NCBI GenBank assembly: GCA_051439425.1
Contig: JBFRWD010000005.1
Span: 1 to 52,316 of the forward strand
Direction of reading: 5' to 3'
DNA: 52,316 bases
From: Synechococcus sp.
Lineage (GTDB): Bacteria; Cyanobacteriota; Cyanobacteriia; Thermostichales; PCC-7336
The translations under genes were made by a program, and so were the position numbers. Under the pieces are notes generated by a model. It ran no database searches. It was not told the origin of the DNA and was given only the letters and a program-made list of their open reading frames with translations. This document shows, piece by piece, positions 10,863 to 19,008 of this stretch. Within the stretch, counting starts at the first letter, position 1, and every line of letters starts with the position of its first letter.

Positions 10863-12374
10863 TTGCCGTTTATCGAGAATCGAGTTTTGTTGCTTTCTCC
10901 TATGTTGCTTGCCAGCGGTACTGCAGTTGAAGCTGCGATCGAGGCACCCGATAGTACTCTTGTTCTGATATCTGTTCTGCTGTCCCTAGTTGTGATTTAC
11001 ATGGCCAGCAAGGTCATGGGCGAACTGTGCGCACGTTTCAGCCTGCCCTCCGTATTGGGAGAGTTGTTGGGGGGAGTGCTCGTCGGTGGTTCGGTTCTCC
11101 ATCTATTGATATTTCCAGAGGGGGCTGTATCCCCCAGCGAAATGGTGCAGATTGCCCAGTCCTCCCAAGTGGTGCATCTCTTACAAGCGACTGCTGGGCT
11201 AACGGTAGAGACATCTGCAGGCGTATTTGCATCTCAATCGGAGGTGGTTGACCTGCTGTCTGAACTGGGGGTGATTATCCTACTGTTCGAGATTGGTTTG
11301 GAGTCCGATCTAAAGGAGCTGATTCGCGTGGGGCCGCAGGCTGCGGCAGTGGCGGTTGTTGGGGTAACGGTACCGTTTGCCATTGGCACGCTGGGCTTGC
11401 TGTACTTCTTCCACGTACCCACAGTGGCGGCAATTTTTGCAGGTGCAGCTCTGACCGCTACCAGTATTGGTATTACGGCTCGGGTTTTGGCGGAACTGGA
11501 TCGACTCACCTCTGCTGAGGGTCAGATTATTATTGGTGCTGCCGTGTTGGACGACATTCTCGGCATCGTAATTCTGGCCGTTGTAGCAGGTTTAGCTAAA
11601 ACCGGTGAAGTGGATCTAGGCAATGTTGCAGTTATCATCGTCAGTGCTGTTGTGTTCTTAGTTGGGGCGATTGTGCTCGGTCGCTTCATCAGCCCCTACC
11701 TCATATCCCTTATTGATGGCATGGGAACTCGTGGCAAGTACTTGATTCCCGGCTTGATTGCAGCATTTGTGTTGGGCTACATTGGCCAAATCCTGCAGTT
11801 AGAAGCGATTTTGGGGGCATTTGCAGCGGGCTTGATCTTGGCCGAAACCGATCGCCGTCACGAGTTTGAAGAACAGATTAAGCCCGTATCTGACTTGTTA
11901 ACGCCCATCTTCTTTGTCTCCGTGGGTGCGAAGACGAATTTAGCAGTATTGAACCCTGCGAACCCCGATAACATCGAAGGTTTGGTGATTGCTTCCTTCC
12001 TGATTGTGGTCGCTATTATCGGTAAGATTGCGGCTGGTTGGGGCGTGTTTGGTAAAGCTGGAGTGAGCCGCTATGCGATTGGCGTTGGTATGATTCCGCG
12101 AGGTGAGGTGGGTCTTGTCTTTGCTGGTGTGGGTGCTGCCAGTGGGGCTCTGCCTCCTGCATTGGATGCTGCCATCATTGTGATGGTGATTGTGACTACG
12201 TTTGTGGCTCCGTTGTGGTTGCGGACAGCGTTCAAAGGAGCGGACGAGCCAGCGGCTTTGGCGGAAGATTCTGTTTCTCTGAGCGACCTCAAAGGAGCAA
12301 CGATCGCTCAGGATGCTGCATTGGCAGAAGCGGAAATGGTTGAAGCGGCCACTCCGGAGCCCGAGCAAACTTAG
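10863..12374 (+). CDS. nhaS3: CPA2-family Na+/H+ antiporter (NhaS3-like)
   Basis: LLFEIGLESDL, ATSIGITARVL, GAAVLDDILG, GMIPRGEVGLVFA; true start may be ATG 10902. Confidence 0.88.
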   Translation: MPFIENRVLLLSPMLLASGTAVEAAIEAPDSTLVLISVLLSLVVIYMASKVMGELCARFSLPSVLGELLGGVLVGGSVLHLLIFPEGAVSPSEMVQIAQSSQVVHLLQATAGLTVETSAGVFASQSEVVDLLSELGVIILLFEIGLESDLKELIRVGPQAAAVAVVGVTVPFAIGTLGLLYFFHVPTVAAIFAGAALTATSIGITARVLAELDRLTSAEGQIIIGAAVLDDILGIVILAVVAGLAKTGEVDLGNVAVIIVSAVVFLVGAIVLGRFISPYLISLIDGMGTRGKYLIPGLIAAFVLGYIGQILQLEAILGAFAAGLILAETDRRHEFEEQIKPVSDLLTPIFFVSVGAKTNLAVLNPANPDNIEGLVIASFLIVVAIIGKIAAGWGVFGKAGVSRYAIGVGMIPRGEVGLVFAGVGAASGALPPALDAAIIVMVIVTTFVAPLWLRTAFKGADEPAALAEDSVSLSDLKGATIAQDAALAEAEMVEAATPEPEQT

Positions 12375-12529
12375 GCTCGTCGTTCGACATTTCGGTATTC
12401 CTATGCCGATATCTCAACCGATCCTGTTTAACTTGCTAGGCAAGGGCGCATATAGCATTGGCTATACCACTGCGGATATTTCAGCTACGTCCAGCCCTGA
12501 TTGCGATCGGAACTTTTGTCCTAACTGAA

Positions 12530-13246
12530 ATGGCAGACGCCTATATGAGGGAGACTCCACCCGCGATCGCCGATCCCCAGCTTTGGCTGCTCCAGCTTTC
12601 CGATTCTGCGCTGCCGATCGGTAGCTACTCCCATTCATGGGGGCTAGAGACAGCCGTGCAGGCCGATCGTCTCAAGACCGCAACTCAGGTTGTCGAATAT
12701 TTGACGGGGTTACTGCATCAAGCGATCGCCCCTCAGGATGGGGCCGCTTGCGTACTGGCCCATCGATACGGTTGTGACTCTAATGATGAGGCGTTTTGGG
12801 GACTGCAACTGGAGCTGACGGCTGCTCGGTGGGCGACCGAACCCCTCAATGCCAGCTTGCAACTGGGAGATCGCTTGAATCGATGGGCGCGATCGACTTG
12901 GGGGCTATCCTGTCCGGCCTCTGGTTCCGATCTCGGCTCGGCCTCTATCCATCACTGTGCGGTGTTTGGGTGGCTATGCTCGCAGGCTGGATTAACGGAA
13001 ACGGAGACCATTCGGGCTTACCTGCTGGGCTCGCTCACTAGCTTGGTATCGGCGGCAGTGCGGCTAGTGCCGTTGGGTCATTCACAAGGGCAGCAGGTGT
13101 TGGCAACGTTGCATGGGGAAATCGCGATCGCTCTGCCTACTTGTTTGGCAGCCGAGGCGCCGGGCTCTTTACATAGTTTTGCTCCCCTATTAGAACGAGA
13201 CTGCCACGCCCATCGCACCCTCTATTCCCGCCTGTTTCAGTCTTAG
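12530..13246 (+). CDS. ureF: Urease accessory protein UreF
   Basis: LLQLSDSALPIGSYSHSWGLE, SAAVRLVPLG, C-terminal YSRLFQS; start uncertain (12530 or 12544). Confidence 0.93.
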   Translation: MADAYMRETPPAIADPQLWLLQLSDSALPIGSYSHSWGLETAVQADRLKTATQVVEYLTGLLHQAIAPQDGAACVLAHRYGCDSNDEAFWGLQLELTAARWATEPLNASLQLGDRLNRWARSTWGLSCPASGSDLGSASIHHCAVFGWLCSQAGLTETETIRAYLLGSLTSLVSAAVRLVPLGHSQGQQVLATLHGEIAIALPTCLAAEAPGSLHSFAPLLERDCHAHRTLYSRLFQS

Positions 13247-13381
13247 GCATCTGGGTCTAGAGTTCCTGTCGTATACAGCGTTTCCAACTCCGCAGCCACA
13301 CTGATGGCGTCCAGTGACTCATCTCCTCCCAGTTCTCGTTTTGCGATAGGCTCAAACCGCAGGTTATCGATTCTTCCCTTC

Positions 13382-14032
13382 ATGTTGATCGAACTGACGT
13401 TAGACGAAATGGATGAGGTCATTCCGATCGCCCCCACTGGCACGCAGTACGGACGATATATAAGCAACGTTCTGGTGAACTTGGAGCGACTGATTCTGGG
13501 TATTGGAATTGGTGTGGCCATGCTGGTGATGTCCCGCCTATTTAGCGAGACTGGGCTGGGGTTCATCCTGTTTATGGGTGGAGTCTTTGCTGCCCTGTAT
13601 CCGTTTTTGCTTGGCCCCCTAATCGAAATTTCCCGCCGCAACAATACCTATCGCGAACTGCCCTACGGCTGTTTTTTCTTTGGTTTGGTGGAAGATATCG
13701 AGAGCAAAGAGATTTTAGTCGACGAAATCGAACGCATTGACGAAGAAGGGGAGCTATACATCGAGGAAGTGCGGGAGCAGGAGATGCGTATGCGGATCTC
13801 CGATCGCCAGGGCTTTTCGTTTGTAGTGCGCACCCGCGACGAACCGGCCTACGAGTCGATCGTGCCGAACCAGTCGGTGATTGCCCTGATTAAGTCCTAC
13901 AGCCGCGATCTGCGTAGCCCTATTGTGAGCGAAGTCTATATTGTCAAATTGGGGCTGTGGGTGGGGGATGTTGCTTATCTCAAGCGGGATGAATTCTTGG
14001 ACTTGGCCAACGAGTTAGTCGACATGTACTGA
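13382..14032 (+). CDS. Conserved cyanobacterial membrane protein of unknown function
   Basis: MLIELT....IPIAPTGTQY N-terminus, two TM helices, acidic beta-rich C-terminal region; start at ATG 13382 preferred over 13304. Confidence 0.75.
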   Translation: MLIELTLDEMDEVIPIAPTGTQYGRYISNVLVNLERLILGIGIGVAMLVMSRLFSETGLGFILFMGGVFAALYPFLLGPLIEISRRNNTYRELPYGCFFFGLVEDIESKEILVDEIERIDEEGELYIEEVREQEMRMRISDRQGFSFVVRTRDEPAYESIVPNQSVIALIKSYSRDLRSPIVSEVYIVKLGLWVGDVAYLKRDEFLDLANELVDMY

Positions 14033-14286
14033 GTTGTTGCTTTGCATTTTAGTGCCGCATTGGGCTGTGGTCGCAGGATTGGCTGCCAAACTGGTGATAG
14101 AGGGCGTCCTATTCTCGATTCGGTTTTCTTTCAAGTTGGGCTTTCTCTCAAAAGGTTGCAGACTGTCGCATTCGCTCCCAGCCGGTGTCAATATTAGGTG
14201 AATTGCGTCGATCTGGTCGATCTGAAAGAACGTTAGTACGACACACAGTTAATACGAGCCACACTAATACGAGACGAATCAGGTAG

Positions 14287-15960
14287 ATGACTCAACAGAA
14301 GTTTCCACTCAAGCCCCTATTGCTGACTGCTGGTGGATTCTTCGTATTAGAACAGGCCATTTCCAGTTTGACGTCGCTGCACTCGGCGATCGCCCCCTAC
14401 TCGCCCTGGTTGGCGAACTCTCTCACCGGTTTACTGGGAGTGGCCACCACCGGTTTACTAGGCTTCGGTGGCTACTGGGGCTGGGGGCTAATTCAAGGTC
14501 AGAAGAGCAACGGCACTAAAAAGACGCGATTGCGGCCTAAATCCAAATCTACTCAAATGGTGAAAGCCACCCCCAAACGGGTGGAGAAAGAACTAGGTCA
14601 ACTGGACGAGCTGCTGAACCGGCTGCAGAGCGATGTCAAGCGGAAGACGTTCAAGCAGCGAGCCCGAGAAATTGGCGAGCAACTGGCCAGCAATCAACTC
14701 CGCTTGGTGGTATTTGGTACCAGTTCTGCCGGAAAAACCTCGCTGGTCAATGCCCTGTTGGGCCACCAGGTAGGAGATACCGCTCCCACACTAGGGACTA
14801 CTCAGACGGGATCGATCCACACCTATTCCGTGCCGGGGGTGGGGGGACGCATCGAGATTGCCGATACGCCGGGGTTGCAGGCGGTGGGTCGCACTGGAGA
14901 GTCAGAGGCGACGCTGCTGGCCCAGAATGCCGATCTTCTCCTATTTGTGGTGTCAGGGGATATGACCGCAACGGAATACGAGCAACTGTGTACGCTGTCT
15001 TCCATTGGTAAGCGAACGCTGGTGGTGTTCAACAAAACTGACCAGTACGTTCCCGATGACATTCAGGAGATCGTCAGCAGTTTGGAGGACAAGGCCAAGC
15101 CACTGGTGCCGCGATCGCACGGACAATCTGTGGTGAGGGTGGCAGCCGATCCGATGCCCGTGAAGATACGTCAGCATCAAGCGGATGGCACCACGATCGA
15201 GGTAATGGCAGAGCGCGTGCCTGAGACTTTGGAACTGAAGGAGCGCATCAAGAGCATTTTGAAACGAGAGGGCAACCAACTGCGGCTGGACAATGCCATG
15301 CAGAAGGCCAAGACGCTGGCAGATGGGGCTGCAGAGGCGATCTCTAAAACTCGACGTAAGCGGGGAGAAGCAGTGATTCAGCGGATGCAGTGGGCGACAG
15401 CTGGGGCGATCGCCGTTAATCCACTCCCCGCCGTTGACTTGGTGGCAGCAGCAGCAATAAACGCACGCACCATTGGCAAACTCAACAAGCTCTACGGTCG
15501 GAAGATCACCTTGAAGCGAACCGAGCAGATGGCCAAGTCGATGGGCAAATTATTGGTACAAATTGGCGGCGTGGAGGTGGCGACGCAGGTGATGGGCAGT
15601 GCCTTGAAGGCGTCGCCGCTGGGGGCAATGGGGGTACCGCTGCAGGCCATTAGCTCTGCTTACCTAACCCGGGTGACGGGGCTAACCTATCTGGATTGGC
15701 TGGAGAGCGAAGATCCTTGGGATGAGGAACAGATGCTATCGCGGTTGAAAGACCAATTGCAGTTCAGCGGACGGACGGAATTTGTACAGCAGTTTATGAG
15801 GCAGGCATTGGGGGCTGTCAAAGGGTCACTCTTTTCGTTCGAACCTGCTGTGTCGGATGAGCTAGAAGGAGATGAAGATGGCGATCGCCAATCCACCAGT
15901 CCGCCAGAGCTGTCTTCAGTAAGCGAGACTGTTGAGATACCGGCAGTTAAGGCAGGGTAG
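14287..15960 (+). CDS. Era/MMR_HSR1-like GTPase with DUF697 domain (N-terminal TM segments)
   Basis: G1 GTSSAGKTS, G3 DTPG, G4 NKTD; AVNPLPAVDL DUF697 motif. Confidence 0.85.
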   Translation: MTQQKFPLKPLLLTAGGFFVLEQAISSLTSLHSAIAPYSPWLANSLTGLLGVATTGLLGFGGYWGWGLIQGQKSNGTKKTRLRPKSKSTQMVKATPKRVEKELGQLDELLNRLQSDVKRKTFKQRAREIGEQLASNQLRLVVFGTSSAGKTSLVNALLGHQVGDTAPTLGTTQTGSIHTYSVPGVGGRIEIADTPGLQAVGRTGESEATLLAQNADLLLFVVSGDMTATEYEQLCTLSSIGKRTLVVFNKTDQYVPDDIQEIVSSLEDKAKPLVPRSHGQSVVRVAADPMPVKIRQHQADGTTIEVMAERVPETLELKERIKSILKREGNQLRLDNAMQKAKTLADGAAEAISKTRRKRGEAVIQRMQWATAGAIAVNPLPAVDLVAAAAINARTIGKLNKLYGRKITLKRTEQMAKSMGKLLVQIGGVEVATQVMGSALKASPLGAMGVPLQAISSAYLTRVTGLTYLDWLESEDPWDEEQMLSRLKDQLQFSGRTEFVQQFMRQALGAVKGSLFSFEPAVSDELEGDEDGDRQSTSPPELSSVSETVEIPAVKAG

Positions 15961-15963
15961 GTT

Positions 15964-17529
15964 GTGACGTTACCTGCATCTGAATCCACTCCACCCCAGA
16001 GTTCTCAGTCCAAGCTCTCAAAGACTAGCAGTGCCGAGACCGATACTCCTGAGACTGGCACTCCCGAGTCTGGCACTCCCAAGTCTGGCACTGTCCCGAC
16101 TGGAACTCCTGATGAGAGTCCCGAAACCCGTATTCCTGGGACAGATACTGAGGCCGATGCTGCCAAGTCAAGACCACAGCCAGTGCCCAGCGATTTAGAC
16201 ACCGCTCGCTACAGCTTGGACCATGCATTGGATGGCATCTCGCTGACTGACGCAGAGCGCCAGCAGTGCCAAGACGAATTGCAGGAATTGAACGCCCTCA
16301 AAACCAAGCTGAAGCGCAATCGATTGGCGATCGCCGTTTTTGGGGTGGTGGGTCGCGGGAAATCGGCCACCATTAATGCTCTGCTTGGGCAAGAGGTAAT
16401 GGCGACGGGGGCCGCCCACGGCACCACCCGCTCCGGTTTATCGGCTCAATGGACGATTCGACTGAAGGGTAAAAGTGGCCAACCCGGTGAAGTCCTCAAT
16501 ATCGAGCTGTTGGATACCCCTGGTTTAAATGATGTGGCAGGGGAAATGCGCGATCGCCTGGCTTTTGACGTGGCCAAGCGGGCAGACCTGATTGTGTTTG
16601 TGGTGTCTGGTGACATCACCGACTACGAAAACCAAGCTCTGTTGCAACTGCGGCAACTGCAGAAGCCAATTGTGTTGGCGTTTAACAAGATTGACCTGTA
16701 TCCCGATCGCGATCGCGACACCATTTACGAGCAGTTGAGCAACCCGCGCATTCAAGAGCTGATTTCCACCAAAGAGATCGTGCTGGTGGCAGCACAGCCC
16801 AAGCCCGATGAAGTGCGTATTCAAGCTGCCGATGGCAGCGAACAGACGGTGTGGGAGGAGAAACCTGCTCGGATCGCTCCCTTGAAACAGAAGATTGTTC
16901 AATTAGTGCGTCGGGAAGGCACATCCCTGATAGCCATCAACGTGTTGCGGCTGGTCGATGACGTTCGCGACCGGTTGATCGACAAGAAATTGCAAATGAA
17001 AGAGGAGGAGGTCTCGGAGCTGATCTGGAAATTTGTGGCGGCCAAATCTCTGGCGATGTTTGTCAATCCGATCGCGCTATTAGACATCGTGGCTGGGGTG
17101 GCGATCGATATTGGCATGGTGACGGCATTGGCCAAACGATACGGCATTACTATGACCCGCTACGGAGCCCGCACGTTGCTGCGCAAGCTGGCCTTAGGCT
17201 GGGCGGGATTGATCGCTGTCGAGATGTCTACTGGGTTACTGCTCGGTATTGGCAAAACCGCTGCAGTGGGAACGGCGATCGCCTCTGGTGGCGCGTCTGC
17301 GGGGGGAGCTGCCTCTGCGTACAGTACGGCTGGCCTGTCGCAAGCTGCGGTGGCGGGACTGACCTCCTATTTGATCGGACAGGCCGTGCGGGAATATCTC
17401 AAAGCCAGTTGTGATGAAAACCCAGTCAGCCCCAAGCAAGCGATGCGATCGGTACTGGCCCAACTGGATCGAGCCTCGATTATGAGGCGGATTCGGCAGG
17501 AGTTGGGAAAGAGTTTGAAAGTGAGATGA
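15964..17529 (+). CDS. Era/MMR_HSR1-like GTPase with DUF697 domain (paralogue)
   Basis: G1 GVVGRGKS, G3 DTPG, G4 NKID; VNPIALLD motif; 3 bp after the previous stop. Confidence 0.85.
   Translation: MTLPASESTPPQSSQSKLSKTSSAETDTPETGTPESGTPKSGTVPTGTPDESPETRIPGTDTEADAAKSRPQPVPSDLDTARYSLDHALDGISLTDAERQQCQDELQELNALKTKLKRNRLAIAVFGVVGRGKSATINALLGQEVMATGAAHGTTRSGLSAQWTIRLKGKSGQPGEVLNIELLDTPGLNDVAGEMRDRLAFDVAKRADLIVFVVSGDITDYENQALLQLRQLQKPIVLAFNKIDLYPDRDRDTIYEQLSNPRIQELISTKEIVLVAAQPKPDEVRIQAADGSEQTVWEEKPARIAPLKQKIVQLVRREGTSLIAINVLRLVDDVRDRLIDKKLQMKEEEVSELIWKFVAAKSLAMFVNPIALLDIVAGVAIDIGMVTALAKRYGITMTRYGARTLLRKLALGWAGLIAVEMSTGLLLGIGKTAAVGTAIASGGASAGGAASAYSTAGLSQAAVAGLTSYLIGQAVREYLKASCDENPVSPKQAMRSVLAQLDRASIMRRIRQELGKSLKVR
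16036..16110 (+). repeat. Five 15-bp coding tandem repeats (ETDTP/ETGTP/ESGTP/KSGTV/PTGTP)
   Basis: gagaccgatactcct gagactggcactccc gagtctggcactccc aagtctggcactgtc ccgactggaactcct. Confidence 0.8.
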
Positions 17530-17819
17530 AGCCGACTTCATGAATGGCAAGCAAATCCGCGATTGAGATAGCTATTTTTACGGAGAATGCTGCCGTGGCT
17601 GTTCCAGAAGATAGTCGCCTTGCGTAATATCTCGTGCAAGCATGTGAAGATAATGCACTGACTTGGATGGAGTTGGTTGATATTAGTCGACCAATCTGGG
17701 TATTTCTAATGAAAGGCAATCTGTTCGGTGTACCTGAAGGTAGAGCCGGATATCTCCGCTTTAGCATTCGCTCGTAATGCGGGCCTCCCACCATTCGTTC
17801 CTGCTTCTACTCCATATCA

Positions 17820-18953
17820 ATGAGCAACATTCTCACCACCGATCGATTCGATCTTGAAGTCCTACGACTAGTCAATATCGAGCGAGCGAAGCTGGGTCGC
17901 AGCGCGCTAACGTTAAGCCAAAAACTTGATGCTGCTGCCGATCTCCATTCAGAAGATATGGCTACAAACGGGTATTTCTCGCACACAGGACAAGATAACT
18001 CCAACGTTGGTACTCGCATTTTTCGAGCTGGATACACCCGTTACCGAACTTGGGGAGAGAATATTGCAGTCGGATATCGTAGCGCGGCATCTGTGGTTCA
18101 AGGCTGGATGAACAGTGAGGGCCATCGAAGAAACATTCTGAATGGCAGCTTTACCCACATGGGATTGGGGACAGTAGCCAATGACTTTGGAAGACTCTAT
18201 TGGACACAAGTGTTTGCGGCTGGCGATCCCGATCCTGGAGTGTATGTCCCGCAAACCAACGGGGCGAACAATTCTCCTCCCGCCAATCCTCAAAACAGTC
18301 CCTCTCCAATTCCATCGGGTACCTCTGGTCGCGACACCCTAACGGGGTCGTCCAGGGGCGACAAGCTTAGCGGGCTAGGGGGAAACGATCGCCTCAATGG
18401 ATTGGGCGGCAATGATACTCTTCTCGGTGGTTCCGGCAACGATACAGTGCTGGGAGGTTCTGGCAACGACCGCTTGATTGGGGGCAGTGGTAACGATCGG
18501 TTAAGCGCTCAGTCGGGTAACGACACTCTCTCGGGAGGTTCGGGCCGAGACACCCTAACCGGAGGGGGAGGCTCGGATCGCCTGAGTGGCAACGACCAAA
18601 ACGATGTTCTCAAGGGCCAGTCTGGTAACGATACCTTGCTTGGCGGTACGGGCAACGATCTGATCCGGGGTGGTAAAGGTAACGACGTTCTCGATGGGCA
18701 GCAAGGGCAAGACACCTTAATTGGTGGCACCGGACGCGACCGGTTTAAGCTGAGGCAAAATAGCGGTCTGGATTTGATTCAAGATTTTGAGAATGGAAAA
18801 GACAGCATTCAACTCACGGGTGGGCTGACGTTCAGCGGTATCAGCCTGCGTCAAAGCGGCCGCAACGTCAGCATTTTTGATGCGAATAACAACCAAGTTG
18901 CAGTGGTCGCCAACACGAATCTGAACCAACTCAATGCAGCAGATTTCGTATAG
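17820..18953 (+). CDS. CAP (SCP/Tpx-1/PR-1) domain protein with RTX Ca-binding repeats
   Basis: VLRLVNIER, HSEDMA..GYFSH, GENIAVG, WMNSEGHRRNIL, YWTQVF; many GGxGNDxL nonapeptides; T1SS-like C-terminus. Confidence 0.9.
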   Translation: MSNILTTDRFDLEVLRLVNIERAKLGRSALTLSQKLDAAADLHSEDMATNGYFSHTGQDNSNVGTRIFRAGYTRYRTWGENIAVGYRSAASVVQGWMNSEGHRRNILNGSFTHMGLGTVANDFGRLYWTQVFAAGDPDPGVYVPQTNGANNSPPANPQNSPSPIPSGTSGRDTLTGSSRGDKLSGLGGNDRLNGLGGNDTLLGGSGNDTVLGGSGNDRLIGGSGNDRLSAQSGNDTLSGGSGRDTLTGGGGSDRLSGNDQNDVLKGQSGNDTLLGGTGNDLIRGGKGNDVLDGQQGQDTLIGGTGRDRFKLRQNSGLDLIQDFENGKDSIQLTGGLTFSGISLRQSGRNVSIFDANNNQVAVVANTNLNQLNAADFV

Positions 18954-18983
18954 AGCAATCTACTGTAAGGTCTAGAGTCGGGA
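18954..18983 (+). mobile_element. Truncated copy (left end) of the MITE/REP-like repeat
   Basis: AGCAATCTACTGTAAGGTCTAGAGTCGGGA versus copy 3 reverse complement AGCAATCCGCTGTAAGGTCTAGACTCGGGA (27/30 identical). Confidence 0.65.
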
Positions 18984-19008
18984 TAGTGCAATCCGTATCC
19001 TGGGTCGC

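Noticed and set aside
12530..13246. Isolated ureF as an unusual arrangement
   Set aside because: Urease genes are commonly scattered in cyanobacterial genomes
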